Origin: Capsulimonadales bacterium
Lineage (GTDB): Bacteria > Armatimonadota > Armatimonadia > Armatimonadales > Armatimonadaceae
Assembly: GCA_033762295.1 (NCBI GenBank)
Contig: JANRLW010000062.1
Coordinates: 1 to 64,000 of the forward strand
Reading direction: 5' to 3'
DNA: 64,000 bases
Under the pieces are notes generated by a model. The model searched no databases. It saw only the letters and a program-made list of their open reading frames with translations, and was not told the DNA's origin. This document shows, piece by piece, positions 1 to 10,243 of this stretch. The position numbers were made by a program, and so were the translations under genes. Position 1 is the stretch's first letter. Every line of letters begins with the position of its first letter.

Positions 1-2
1 CG

Positions 3-842
3 ATCCTCGCCGCCATCCTCGGAGGCAGCCTCTCCTACGACCAGGTGTGGGAGAAAAGCGATATCGACATGATTCTGGTCGGCGACGAAAGCCATAAGGA
101 ACGTTCGTTCACGCTGACGGAGGAGGGGGTGATCATCCACGCCTCGGTTATGCCCCGTAGCGCGTTTCGGAAGGCGATCGAGGGCAGCATCCGGAGTTCG
201 TTTTTCCATTCGTTCTTCTCCAAAAGCCGTTTGCTCTACACCCATGATGAATCGCTGTACGCCCTGTACGACAATATTCAGCAGGTCGGCGAGCGAGATA
301 AAGCGGCGCAGTTGCTCCGGGTGGTCCCCGCCGTGCTCTGGGCGCTACCGAAAGCGGAGAAGTGGCTCCATATCAAACGCGATGTCCGCTATAGTTTTCT
401 CTACATTCTGCTCTGCACCGGTCCCCTGGCGCAAATCGAGGTCGTTTCGGCCGGACGGATTCCGACCCGGGAAGCGATCTGGCAGGCGCTGGAGTTGAAC
501 CCCGGCTTCTTCCGCCGTATCTACACCGATCTGATCGATGGCCCGAAGGACGAACCGACTCTTCGGGACGCGCTCTCCGCCATCGAGGAGTACCTCCTTA
601 CCCGCGTCCGACGGATCTTTCAGCCGATCCTTTCCTACCTGGCCGAGGCGGGCGGCCCACGCAGCGCGTCCGAAATCGACGCCGAGTTCAAAAAGATGCT
701 GCAGATGGAGGGCGCGTCCGGCGTTTGCGAGTGGCTGAGCGAGAAAGGGATCGTCGAAAAAGTGCCGTTGCCGCTCCGACTGTCGCCGAAAAGCCCGGTC
801 GCCGTCAATGAAGCCGGATATTACTACGACGCCGGCGAGTAA
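3..842 (+). CDS. Pol-beta-superfamily nucleotidyltransferase-like protein with C-terminal winged-helix-like region (possibly YgxA-like); 5' end outside the window
   Basis: Frame is open from position 3 and reads ILAAILGGSLSYDQVWEKSDIDMILV, matching the hG[GS]...DxD NTase motif. C-terminus ILSYLAEAGGPRSASEI...VCEWLSEKGIVEKV resembles a wHTH. Confidence 0.6.
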   Translation: MLAAILGGSLSYDQVWEKSDIDMILVGDESHKERSFTLTEEGVIIHASVMPRSAFRKAIEGSIRSSFFHSFFSKSRLLYTHDESLYALYDNIQQVGERDKAAQLLRVVPAVLWALPKAEKWLHIKRDVRYSFLYILLCTGPLAQIEVVSAGRIPTREAIWQALELNPGFFRRIYTDLIDGPKDEPTLRDALSAIEEYLLTRVRRIFQPILSYLAEAGGPRSASEIDAEFKKMLQMEGASGVCEWLSEKGIVEKVPLPLRLSPKSPVAVNEAGYYYDAGE

Positions 843-905
843 GTCGGTCGCGTTCGGCAGGAAAACGTCCGCCTCATAGCCAAAAGGCACTGGGAGACAG
901 AAAGA

Positions 906-2477
906 ATGCCTGATTCCGCCGCCCCCTTACTCGCCTATAAGGAAGCCTCCTTGCCGTTGCCGGCGTCCTATCGTCGCTGGCATCTCTACGGCGCCGGACT
1001 GGAAAATGTCGGTCGGGACGGTCGACCGGAGGAGATCGAGTTGCCGTCCCCCGGCCCGGACGAACTGCTGGTCCGTCACGACGCCTGCGGCATCTGCTAT
1101 TCCGATATCAAAATCATCAACCTCGGCGGCGATCATCCGCGCCTGGTCGGCCGCGACCTGAACCGGAATCCCGTGGTCATGGGACATGAGGTCGCGCTGA
1201 CCGTCGTCGCGGTCGGATCGAATCTGACCGAGCAGGTGCGTATCGGCGAACGCTATATCGTTCAAGCCGATATCTACTATAAGGGTGTCAACCTGGCCTA
1301 CGGTTACGCGCTTTCGGGGGGGATGAGCGAGTATGGCCTGATCGGACCGGAGGTCCTTCGCGGGGACGAGGGCAACTATCTTCTGCCGATCGCCGGCGAA
1401 ACCGGGTACGCCGAGGCCGCTCTGGTGGAACCGTGGGCCTGCGTGGAAGCCGCCTACCACTGGCATACCCCGGAGTTTCCGACTCCCGACGAGCCGCATA
1501 TCCCGCTCGACGTTCCCGGCGCGTCGGCCATCGGTCATGGCAACCCACCGGTCTTTCAATGGCTCCGCTTCACCGAACCGCCCGATCCGGACGACTTCGA
1601 ACGGTTGACCGCCCGGCTCGCCCGACCGTCGATCTGCCGCCTGGAGTTTGCCGAACCGCTTTCCCGTCCGGTGCGGGTCGATATCGGCCGGATTCATTAC
1701 GACGGACTGTTCTTCGTCGGCCCGAAAGAGAACCATCGATCCGAACTCAAGGCGGGCGGAACTGCCTGGTTCATCGGCACCGCCGGTCCGATGGGAATGA
1801 TGCACGTTCAGCGCGCCCTCTCCCTTCCTCACCCTCCCCGCCGTCTCATAGGCACCGATCGCAACGACGATCGCATCGCCGCATTGAAAGATCGCTTCGG
1901 TCCGCTGGCCGAGGAACGGGGCGTCGAACTCCTGCTGTTCAACGTTCGAACCGAAGGGTTGCCGGACCTGAACCTTCTCGCGCCGAACGGGTTTGACGAT
2001 ATCGTGGTGATGGTTCCGAGCATCCCGGCGATCGAGGAGGCGTATCCGTACCTCGGTCAGGATGGCGTGATGAACGTGTTCGCCGGGGTCGCCCGGGGCA
2101 CGACGGCGACGCTCGATATCTATGACATCGTCGCCCGGAACGTCCGGATCGTCGGCACCTCCGGATCGACGATCGCCGATATGCGTATGGTCCGGGACAA
2201 ATTGGAATCCGGACAGCTGGATACGGGGGCGAGCGTGGCCGCCATCGGCGGACTGGACGCGTTCCGCGAAGGGCTTGATGCGGTTCGGGGATCGCGTTTT
2301 CCGGGCAAGACCGTGATCTTTCCGCACATTCCCGACCTTCCGCTGACCGCCCTTTCCGCTCTGAAAGAGGTCCGGCCGGCCGTCTACGCCCGTCTGAAGG
2401 AGGGCCGGTTCTGGACCCGGGAAGCCGAAGAGGAGTTGATTCGCGAATCCTTACCAACGGAACGGGAAGCGAGGTGA
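906..2477 (+). CDS. Zn-dependent medium-chain dehydrogenase, L-sorbose-1-phosphate reductase (SorE)-like
   Basis: CGICYSD, GHE and EPWAC motifs, GTAGPMG nucleotide-binding loop; coupled to an SrlD-like SDR. Confidence 0.7.
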   Translation: MPDSAAPLLAYKEASLPLPASYRRWHLYGAGLENVGRDGRPEEIELPSPGPDELLVRHDACGICYSDIKIINLGGDHPRLVGRDLNRNPVVMGHEVALTVVAVGSNLTEQVRIGERYIVQADIYYKGVNLAYGYALSGGMSEYGLIGPEVLRGDEGNYLLPIAGETGYAEAALVEPWACVEAAYHWHTPEFPTPDEPHIPLDVPGASAIGHGNPPVFQWLRFTEPPDPDDFERLTARLARPSICRLEFAEPLSRPVRVDIGRIHYDGLFFVGPKENHRSELKAGGTAWFIGTAGPMGMMHVQRALSLPHPPRRLIGTDRNDDRIAALKDRFGPLAEERGVELLLFNVRTEGLPDLNLLAPNGFDDIVVMVPSIPAIEEAYPYLGQDGVMNVFAGVARGTTATLDIYDIVARNVRIVGTSGSTIADMRMVRDKLESGQLDTGASVAAIGGLDAFREGLDAVRGSRFPGKTVIFPHIPDLPLTALSALKEVRPAVYARLKEGRFWTREAEEELIRESLPTEREAR

Positions 2478-3268
2478 CGACGATGCGGTTGCAGGATCAG
2501 GTAGCGATCGTTACCGGCGCGGCGCAGGGACTCGGCGAAGCGCTCGCGCGACGACTGGCGTCGGAAGGCTGTCAGGTCGTGCTGACGGACATTCACGAGG
2601 AGGCGGTCCGAACGACCGCCGCCCGGATCGCCGAGGAGTCGGGACGGCGGGCGATCGGTGTCCGGGCGGATGTGACACGGGACGACGACTGCGCCTACAT
2701 GGTCGAGCATACGATGGCGGCTTTCGGCAAAGTCGATATCCTCGTCGCCAATGCGGGAATTCTGAAAGCGGGCGACATCCTCGAGTTCTCCCCGGCGGAT
2801 TGGCGTCGGGTCATCGATGTCAACCTGGTCGGCTACTTCCTGTGCGCCCAGGCGGTCGCCCGCGTCATGATCCCGCGCCGCGCCGGTTCGATCGTTCAGA
2901 TCAACTCCAAGTCGGGGAAAAAGGGCAGTTTCCGAAACTCCGCCTACGCGGCGTCGAAGTTCGGCGGGATCGGCCTGACCCAGAGCATCGCGCTAGACCT
3001 CGCCCCGCACAATATCCGTGTCAACGCCGTCTGCCCCGGCAACCTGCTCGACGGCACTCTCTGGCAGGACTCCCTGTTCGAGCAGTATGCGCGAACGCAG
3101 GGTCTGACCAGGGAACAGGTCCGGGCCAAGTATGAGGGGCAGGTTCCGCTCGGGAGAGGAGCCACCTACGAGGACGTCGCGGGAGTGGTGGTCTTCCTCT
3201 GCTCGTCCGACGCCGCGTACATGACCGGGCAGGCGATCAACGTCACCGGCGGCCAGGAGATGCGATAA
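2474..3268 (+). CDS. srlD: Sorbitol-6-phosphate 2-dehydrogenase (SDR)
   Basis: TGAAQGLG, QINSKSGKKGS..NSAYAASKFGG, CPGNLLD and TGQAINVTGGQ are SrlD-typical; GTGA overlap with the upstream gene. Confidence 0.85.
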   Translation: MTTMRLQDQVAIVTGAAQGLGEALARRLASEGCQVVLTDIHEEAVRTTAARIAEESGRRAIGVRADVTRDDDCAYMVEHTMAAFGKVDILVANAGILKAGDILEFSPADWRRVIDVNLVGYFLCAQAVARVMIPRRAGSIVQINSKSGKKGSFRNSAYAASKFGGIGLTQSIALDLAPHNIRVNAVCPGNLLDGTLWQDSLFEQYARTQGLTREQVRAKYEGQVPLGRGATYEDVAGVVVFLCSSDAAYMTGQAINVTGGQEMR

Positions 3269-3295
3269 CGTCCGGCGCGGAAAACGTCCGGCGTC

Positions 3296-4117
3296 CTACG
3301 GACGCTTCGCCGGACTCTCCAGCAGGAATCGGCGCATGCCGGGCAGGTCGTCGGCGTTCAGCAGGTCGACCCCGGCCTCTCGCTGGACCCGCCAGATCGC
3401 TTCCGTATTCGGCGCACCCCAGAAGCGGACCAGGTATCCGCGCTGATGCGCCTTCCGAACGATCTCAACCAGACGCTTTCGCTCCTCTTCGGGGAACTCG
3501 CCTTCGCCGTTCCAGCGGAAGGAGCCGGGCCAGCTATCGCTGATCCAGGGGAAAACGCTCGGCGGGAACCCGGAGTCCAGATCGCCCAGCCGGCCGTCGA
3601 TCCCGCCGAACCGGCGTTTTTCCGCCTTCATCGTTTCGATATCCCGTCCCCCGGAAACGACGACCGTGACGGCTTTCCGGCGAACGCCGTCCGAACGAAA
3701 CTCGGTCAGGATATCGGAATATTGTTCGAGAACCTTTCGGAGCGCGGCATAGGTCGATTTCGCCTCGGACTTGACGTCGATCAGGAGGAAGAACCCGGGC
3801 GCGTCTTGATAGATCCGCCCGCCGTTGCGCCTGGCGCGCGCACGGAGCGGGTCCAGGTACAGTGCCCGGAGCGTGCGCCCCGGCTTGACCTGATTTCGAT
3901 CATGGGCGACCAGCAATTCACCGTCGACCAGATGGATGTCTGCCTCGACACTGCAAAAACCCTGATCCAGCGCATCGAGCAGCGGGCGAGTATGTTCGTA
4001 ATCGTTGTGCGCGTGAGCGTTGGGAAGCGCGGAAGGTTCCTCTGCGTATGCCGAAATCGGCGTGAGGGCGAAGACTGCCGCGCAGAGGAGAGGGAAAAAA
4101 GAGCGTCGTGTGAGCAT
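3296..4117 (-). CDS. Secreted PLC/glycerophosphodiester phosphodiesterase-like protein (Aim6-like)
   Basis: TRRSFF signal peptide; HAHNDY, SVEADI, LLVAHD and LLIDVK motifs. Confidence 0.75.
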   Translation of the reverse strand: MLTRRSFFPLLCAAVFALTPISAYAEEPSALPNAHAHNDYEHTRPLLDALDQGFCSVEADIHLVDGELLVAHDRNQVKPGRTLRALYLDPLRARARRNGGRIYQDAPGFFLLIDVKSEAKSTYAALRKVLEQYSDILTEFRSDGVRRKAVTVVVSGGRDIETMKAEKRRFGGIDGRLGDLDSGFPPSVFPWISDSWPGSFRWNGEGEFPEEERKRLVEIVRKAHQRGYLVRFWGAPNTEAIWRVQREAGVDLLNADDLPGMRRFLLESPAKRP

Positions 4118-4174
4118 GATGCGACCATTTTAACCGGAGCAGATTAAGAGAATATTAATTGCGGAGAAAGAACC

Positions 4175-5617
4175 GTGTCAAAAACCATACGCATCATCAA
4201 CGGGCTCGTTTTCGACGGCCTGGGTTCCGGAGGCCGGAGGTCCGATCTCCTGCTCCGGGACGACACCATCGTCGCCCTCGGCAGACCGATTCCCGGAACC
4301 GCGGACCTGACTCTGGACGCGGACGGCAAAGCGGTCGCGCCGGGCTTCATCGATACCCACAGCCACGCGTCCGGGGGTATCCTCGACCATCGGCACGCCG
4401 AAACGCAGGTCCGCCAGGGCATCACGACGGCGATTGTCGGCCAGGACGGCAGTTCCGAGTTTCCGCTCGCGGACTGGTTCGCCCGACTCGAACGAACTCC
4501 GGCAGCGATCAACTTCGCCTCGTTTGTCGGACATGGAACCGTACGCGATCGGGTCGTCGGCAAGGACTATCGACGCCCTTCGACGCCGGACGAAATCCGC
4601 CGGATGTGCGGTCTTGTGGAACAGGAGATGAAAGCCGGGGCGCTTGGACTTTCGTCCGGCCTGGAGTACGACCCCGGTCTGTTCGCCGGCACGGACGAGG
4701 TGATCGCTCTGGCGAAGATCGCCGCCCGCTTCCGTGGCCTGTACATCAGCCATGTCCGCGATGAGGAAAACGAAGCGCTGGCCTCCTTCAAGGAGCTGAT
4801 CCGTGTTGCCGAAGAAGGACGGTTACCCGCGCAAATATCCCATATCAAGCTTGCCTCCTCACCGGTCTGGGGCAAAGCGAAAGAGGTCTTCCGCCTGATG
4901 GACGAGGCGCGTCGGCGCGGCGTCGATATCACCGCCGACGTTTATCCCTACACCTACTGGCAGAGCAGTATTATCGTCCTGATCCCGACACGCGAGTGGG
5001 ACCGCCGCGATCTCTGGGAGACGGGACTTGCCGAAATCGGCGGCGCAAAGAATGTCCTGCTTTCCCGCTACGAACCCGATGCCCGCTGGCAGGGGAAGAC
5101 GCTTGCCGACATCGCGACCATGACGGGCAAAGACCCGGTATCGGTGATTCAGGAGATCGTGAAGAGAACCCGTAGCGAGCCGCGCGCCGGGGAATCGGTT
5201 GTCGTGACCGCGATGCAGGAGAAGGACCTGAAAGCGTTCCTCACCCATCCGCGCATCATGTTCTGCACGGATGGCGGTTTGCGTGGTTCGCATCCCCGTG
5301 GCGCAGGTTCCTATCCGAGAATTCTGGGCAAATACGTCCGCGAGGAGCGGGTCCTTCCCCTGAAGGAAGCCATCCGCAAGGCGACCTCTCTCCCGGCATG
5401 GCGTATGGGCCTGAAGGATCGCGGAACGATCGCGGTCGGTAAGAAAGCCGATCTCGTTCTGTTCGATCCCCGCACCATTCACGACACGGCGACGACCAAC
5501 GACCCGCAGTCGGTCCCCGTCGGTCTGACCGATGTGCTGGTCAACGGCGTCCCGGTCCTGCGCGACGGTCAGCCGACCGGCGAATATCCCGGACGAGTTC
5601 TTCGTCGGTCCGCCTGA
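4175..5617 (+). CDS. D-aminoacylase / N-acyl-D-amino-acid deacylase (amidohydrolase)
   Basis: PGFIDTHSH, GLSSGLEYDPG, SHVRDE, SHIK, HPRGAGSYPR and GKKADLVLFD motifs. Confidence 0.85.
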   Translation: MSKTIRIINGLVFDGLGSGGRRSDLLLRDDTIVALGRPIPGTADLTLDADGKAVAPGFIDTHSHASGGILDHRHAETQVRQGITTAIVGQDGSSEFPLADWFARLERTPAAINFASFVGHGTVRDRVVGKDYRRPSTPDEIRRMCGLVEQEMKAGALGLSSGLEYDPGLFAGTDEVIALAKIAARFRGLYISHVRDEENEALASFKELIRVAEEGRLPAQISHIKLASSPVWGKAKEVFRLMDEARRRGVDITADVYPYTYWQSSIIVLIPTREWDRRDLWETGLAEIGGAKNVLLSRYEPDARWQGKTLADIATMTGKDPVSVIQEIVKRTRSEPRAGESVVVTAMQEKDLKAFLTHPRIMFCTDGGLRGSHPRGAGSYPRILGKYVREERVLPLKEAIRKATSLPAWRMGLKDRGTIAVGKKADLVLFDPRTIHDTATTNDPQSVPVGLTDVLVNGVPVLRDGQPTGEYPGRVLRRSA

Positions 5618-5666
5618 CGACACCGGACGAAACGGAAAACGCCACCGGGGAACCTTCCCGTGTCGG

Positions 5667-6407
5667 CTACCGGGCCAGGACGCGGGCGAGGAACTCCCGT
5701 GTTCTGGCCTCTTTCGGGTTCTCGAAAATCTCCGCCGGGGTGCCCTGTTCCGCAATGCGACCGGCATCCAGAAAACAGACACGGTGCGCCACTTCGCGGC
5801 AGAAGCCCATTTCGTGGGTCGCGACCAGCATCGTCCGATTCTCCGCCGCCAGCGAGCGCATGACCTCAAGAACCTCGCCGACCAACTCCGGATCGAGCGC
5901 GGACGTGGGTTCATCGAAGAGAAGCAGGGCGGGACGCATCGCCAGCGCACGGGCAATCGCCACACGCTGCTGCTGACCGCCCGATAGCTCGCCGGGGAAA
6001 CTGCTCGCCTTGTCGCCAAGGAAGACACGTTCCAGCAGTTCCCTGCCCTCCCGTTCGGCGGTCGCCGCATCGACGCCCAGCACGACACGCGGCCCGAGCG
6101 TGACATTGTCCAGAGCGGTCAGATGCGGGAAAAGGTTGAAGCGCTGAAAGACCATGCCGATCTCTCGCCGCAGCCGGTTGAGTTCGGCGGAGGACGAACC
6201 GCATACTTTGCCTTGGAAGGAGATCGTCCCGGCGGTCGGCGTTTCCAGACGATTGATGCAACGCAAAAACGTCGATTTACCGCTCCCACTCGCGCCAATC
6301 AGGCCGATCACCTCGCCTTCCCGCACCGACAGGCTGATCCCTTTCAGCACTTCGTTCCGCCCGAAAGATTTCCTCAGGTTGTCGACAACCAGTATCGGAC
6401 CGCTCAA
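5667..6407 (-). CDS. Polar amino-acid ABC transporter ATP-binding protein (GlnQ-like)
   Basis: [24 protein letters not shown] and [11 protein letters not shown]. Start refined to TTG at 6407 (TTGA overlap with the upstream stop, GAGGGG SD). Confidence 0.9.
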   Translation of the reverse strand: MSGPILVVDNLRKSFGRNEVLKGISLSVREGEVIGLIGASGSGKSTFLRCINRLETPTAGTISFQGKVCGSSSAELNRLRREIGMVFQRFNLFPHLTALDNVTLGPRVVLGVDAATAEREGRELLERVFLGDKASSFPGELSGGQQQRVAIARALAMRPALLLFDEPTSALDPELVGEVLEVMRSLAAENRTMLVATHEMGFCREVAHRVCFLDAGRIAEQGTPAEIFENPKEARTREFLARVLAR

Positions 6408-7999
6408 CGGGTATCCCCTCCCCGACGGATCGGCTGCCAGCGGTTTTCCAGAAAGCGCACCAGCGAGGTAAGCGGCAGAGTCATCGCCAGGTAGAGCAGG
6501 GCGACCGCCAGATAGATCGTGGTGGGTGCGCCGGCATTGGTCGCCAGTTCCTTCCCCACCCGCATCAACTCCGAAAGAGCGACCACCGATACCAGCGAGG
6601 AGTCCTTGAGAAGCGCAACGGCTTCGTTGGTCAGGGGTGGCAGAACCCGTCGGACCGTCTGCGGCAGGATCACGTAACGCATGGTCTGCATGCCGTTCAT
6701 GCCCAGAGCGTGCGCCGCCTCCCGTTGTCCGACCTCGATGCTTTCGATCCCGGCACGGAAGATTTCGGCGACATAAGCCGCGGAGTTCAGCGAAAGCGCG
6801 GCCAGTCCGGCCTGAAACGGCGGAAGCGAGATTTTCAATGCGGGGAGCACGAAATAGAGCACATAAATCTGCATCAGGAGCGGCGTCCCGCGCACCACCT
6901 CGACATACACGGTCGCCAGCATACGGAGCGGAACCAGACCGGAAAGCCGGGCCAGCGCCATCATCAGCCCGCACGGGACGCCGATCAGCAGGGTGCAGAG
7001 GGTAAGGAGCAGGGTCAGTCGTGCGCCGGTCAGCAGCAGCGGCAGAGCGTCCCGCAAAACCTCCGTCCGGATTGACAGCGCGGAGCCGCCGACCGACTGA
7101 TCCGGGGCCGCGAACGAACGGGCCTGAGTCCCCGGCGCAACCATCGCCTCGATCTCCGGAGGAATCGGCGTCCCCATGCTACGAGCCGATTCCAGTTTCG
7201 CGAGCGTCGCGCCGGTCATCGGGGTCCGCATCCACTTCTCATAGATGCGGGTATATCGGCCATCGACGAGGATACGCTCCAGAGCTTGATTGACCGCGGC
7301 GATCAGATCGCGTCCGTCCCGGCGCGCGACGATGCCGAGATACTCCTCGACGAACGGCTGATTCGACGCGATCTCCATCTCCGGGTAGCCTTTCCGGATC
7401 ATATCGGCGAGCGCCGGTTGATCGCCGACCGCCGCATCCGATTTTCCGTTCCGGGTATCGAGCAGGGCGTCCTGCAGCGTATCGAAGCGATGGACACGCT
7501 CCTTCGACATCCCGCGCTTTTCCATCGCGTACTGCCCCGTCGTCTCCTGCTGCACCGCGACCGTCCGGCCGTTTTTCAGCAGATCGTCGGGAGTCGAGAT
7601 CGTGCGGTCCCCTTTCCGGCGGGCGATCACCTGACCGGAGAGGAAGTAGGGACGGGAAAAGGCGTTTCCCTTCTTGCGTTCGTCGGTGATGGTGACACCG
7701 GACATGACGAGATCGGCCTTATCGGTCTCCAGGGAGGCGAAAACCCCTGACCACTCCATCGAGATAAACCGGGCTGGCACCCCGATCTCCTTGCCGATTT
7801 CGTCGCCGATCTCGCGATCGAACCCGACGACCTTCTCCTTCTCGAGGAATTCGAACGGCGGGTAGGTCGCATCGGTGGCGATTCGCAGGACGCCGCGCGC
7901 CCGTACCTGAGCGAGTCGATCATCGGCATGGGCGTTCTGCGCGGTAAAGAGCAATAATCCGGTGAGGATCCGGGCAGAAAAACGACGGTTCCCGAACAT
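6404..7999 (-). CDS. Fused amino-acid ABC substrate-binding protein and permease
   Basis: Signal peptide, SBP_bac_3 motif ([15 protein letters not shown]) and permease motifs ([27 protein letters not shown]). Confidence 0.9.
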   Translation of the reverse strand: MFGNRRFSARILTGLLLFTAQNAHADDRLAQVRARGVLRIATDATYPPFEFLEKEKVVGFDREIGDEIGKEIGVPARFISMEWSGVFASLETDKADLVMSGVTITDERKKGNAFSRPYFLSGQVIARRKGDRTISTPDDLLKNGRTVAVQQETTGQYAMEKRGMSKERVHRFDTLQDALLDTRNGKSDAAVGDQPALADMIRKGYPEMEIASNQPFVEEYLGIVARRDGRDLIAAVNQALERILVDGRYTRIYEKWMRTPMTGATLAKLESARSMGTPIPPEIEAMVAPGTQARSFAAPDQSVGGSALSIRTEVLRDALPLLLTGARLTLLLTLCTLLIGVPCGLMMALARLSGLVPLRMLATVYVEVVRGTPLLMQIYVLYFVLPALKISLPPFQAGLAALSLNSAAYVAEIFRAGIESIEVGQREAAHALGMNGMQTMRYVILPQTVRRVLPPLTNEAVALLKDSSLVSVVALSELMRVGKELATNAGAPTTIYLAVALLYLAMTLPLTSLVRFLENRWQPIRRGGDTR

Positions 8000-8047
8000 A
8001 GGCAATAGTGTACCATAGACCCGTATTCGAGAACCGTCGGAATGCCG

Positions 8048-10243
8048 TCACCGTTTCGGCGAATTCGCCTGACTCCGCTCCCGGAAGAACGCAGGCTCGT
8101 CCCGCACCATCTCGCCCAGACGATCCCGAAGCTCGCGATCCCGAACGGCGACCGAAACGACCGCTCCCGCATACAGAAGCAAGAGAACACCGGCCAGCGG
8201 AAGCCCGATCCGGTAGAAACCGCGCACCATCCCGACCGATACCGGCAGCCGTCGACGGTAACTTACCAGAGCCAGGACAAGCAGTCCGAGCGCCGGAAAC
8301 GCCAGTCCGGCGGACGCCAGGATCGACGGCACCCGAATGATTTCGAGGACCGTTCGGACGGCGTCACCGGTATCCGGGGGCGCGGGTAACAAAACGGACA
8401 GATCGCGCAAAAAGACGATCGGACCGGTCATCAGCAGTCCGCCGATCAGCGCCACGGCCAAAGTGATCATCACGGTCCGGAACGGCAGGAACCGGTTGGT
8501 CGGCGCACCGAAACCGGCGGAGACCCCTTCCGATCTCCTTCCGCCGGTTTGCGGCGAACGACCGGCGAGAAACAGACATAGCCCCGCCAGCACGAAACCG
8601 GCCGGAACCAGAAAGACCCCGTACGTATCCATGGTCGCCGCTCCGAAAAGGAACACCGGGACCGCCGTCAACAGGGCGAACCCCTGCGCCACGCCGGGCG
8701 GCATTCGCAACCCGCGCCGAACGGGTTCGGTCCGGACCAACTGTGCCGCCACCACGAACAACAACAGGGTCCAGATCGCCGCGAAAAGCAGAACGAACGA
8801 CGTACCGAACAGCATCAGGTACCCCGACATCCCCGGAAGCCCGGTGTTGAAGGTGTCCCCATCAAAGCCGAAGGCGAGCCACCCCTGGGCGTCCTGCCGC
8901 CACCCGGAAATTACCCGCGCCTGATGGGCGGCATACCGGGCTTCCGCCGTACCGACCCGCTTCACATAGGCGTCAAACCGTCGGAGGCGTAACGCATCCA
9001 GCCGACGACTTACTTCCGCGGTCATGCCGATCGGACTCGGTCGCCCGGTACCGGCTTCCGCCACATCCTCAGGTCGGACCTCCGGTTCGCCGTCCGGTCG
9101 GTTGATCGCGATCGCTCCGACCGCCGAGCCAACCAGACCGGCAAGGATCGTGGAGCCATCCCGCTGCATCTTTCGTGCGATCCGCAACAGGGCAAACCGG
9201 ATTGCGAACCCCTCCGCTCGTTTTCCCGTCGATTCCAGCCGTATGGCCTCGGCGTTCGCCGCACGCGCCAGCGCTCGAATCCGGGCCGTGTAAGCGTACA
9301 GGGTGGTCGAGCCGACGGCAAGCCGGGAAACGACGCCGGTTTCCCCGTGGGCCGCCATGGAAACGGCCCATTTGGCCCGGACCGCCTCCGGCGCATAGTC
9401 ATGAAACCGGTCCCTCGCCCCGGCCCGCCGCAGGGCCGCCATCGCTTCGTCGCGGCGACGATCCGACAGAAGGAACGCTGCGCGCATCAGCGGGAAAAAG
9501 GCGTTCTCCGGATCGGCCGTCTCACCGGCTTCCGAGTACGCCAGGCATTGCCGAACCAGTGCGGGGTCGTTCTCTCTTTTCGGAGCGGGCGTCCCTCCCG
9601 GCGTCTTTCTTCGGGTTTCTCCTTCCGTCTCCGTCGCGACGGAGGCAGGAGCGGCATTCAGGAGGAGTGCAAGGATTGTGGCTCGCTGTCGCTCGGGCGC
9701 CGGCAGGATTTTTTGCAGGTGGGTCCAGTGGTTGTCGGCCTCGTTGGGCCGCATCAACACCGCGCCGATCCGTAAGGTCAGGTTCTCCGGGTCGCGCCGG
9801 ACGGCGTTCGTGTACGCCGCCTGTCGATCCGTCTCGCTTTCCGGACGAACCAGGGCGACGACCCCTTCCGCAGCCAGGGAACGTAACTGTCGGCGGACGA
9901 GCCACCCGGTCGGCGGCAGGCAGCAGAGGGTCAATACGACGGTCAGCGCGAGAGCCGGCAAGGCAAAATGCCGTCTTCCCGGCGGCGGCCCCGCCCAATC
10001 GTTCGCTCCCCGACCGTCCGCGGTCGCCTCACCGGTCGGGATCGCAGGCCAGGTCGGCGCGGGTCGCCCCGGCGTCACCTCGCTGATTCGGCGAATATCG
10101 GCGTACAGCGTCCGGATCTCCTGCCATTCACGCTGCAGAGCGGGGGACCGCTCCAGATGACGGTGGACGAGCCAGCGATCCACCTCGGACAGTTCATCGG
10201 CCGCCAGATCGGGCAATTTGCGACGCGCCTGATCCTGATTCAT
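8048..10243 (-). CDS. Large multi-TM putative anti-sigma factor with degenerate zf-HC2 N-terminus
   Basis: Follows and overlaps an ECF sigma; GAAAGGAG SD; N-terminus LAADELSEVDRWLVHRHLERSPAL; one TM, a helical domain, then about 6 TMs. Confidence 0.65.
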   Translation of the reverse strand: MNQDQARRKLPDLAADELSEVDRWLVHRHLERSPALQREWQEIRTLYADIRRISEVTPGRPAPTWPAIPTGEATADGRGANDWAGPPPGRRHFALPALALTVVLTLCCLPPTGWLVRRQLRSLAAEGVVALVRPESETDRQAAYTNAVRRDPENLTLRIGAVLMRPNEADNHWTHLQKILPAPERQRATILALLLNAAPASVATETEGETRRKTPGGTPAPKRENDPALVRQCLAYSEAGETADPENAFFPLMRAAFLLSDRRRDEAMAALRRAGARDRFHDYAPEAVRAKWAVSMAAHGETGVVSRLAVGSTTLYAYTARIRALARAANAEAIRLESTGKRAEGFAIRFALLRIARKMQRDGSTILAGLVGSAVGAIAINRPDGEPEVRPEDVAEAGTGRPSPIGMTAEVSRRLDALRLRRFDAYVKRVGTAEARYAAHQARVISGWRQDAQGWLAFGFDGDTFNTGLPGMSGYLMLFGTSFVLLFAAIWTLLLFVVAAQLVRTEPVRRGLRMPPGVAQGFALLTAVPVFLFGAATMDTYGVFLVPAGFVLAGLCLFLAGRSPQTGGRRSEGVSAGFGAPTNRFLPFRTVMITLAVALIGGLLMTGPIVFLRDLSVLLPAPPDTGDAVRTVLEIIRVPSILASAGLAFPALGLLVLALVSYRRRLPVSVGMVRGFYRIGLPLAGVLLLLYAGAVVSVAVRDRELRDRLGEMVRDEPAFFRERSQANSPKR

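Noticed and set aside
5667..6974. Long N-terminal extensions from the ORF track (also 17000, 24791, 46573, 49018 starts)
   Set aside because: They overlap neighbouring genes or intergenic DNA; downstream starts are better supported by SD sequences, stop-start overlaps or signal peptides.
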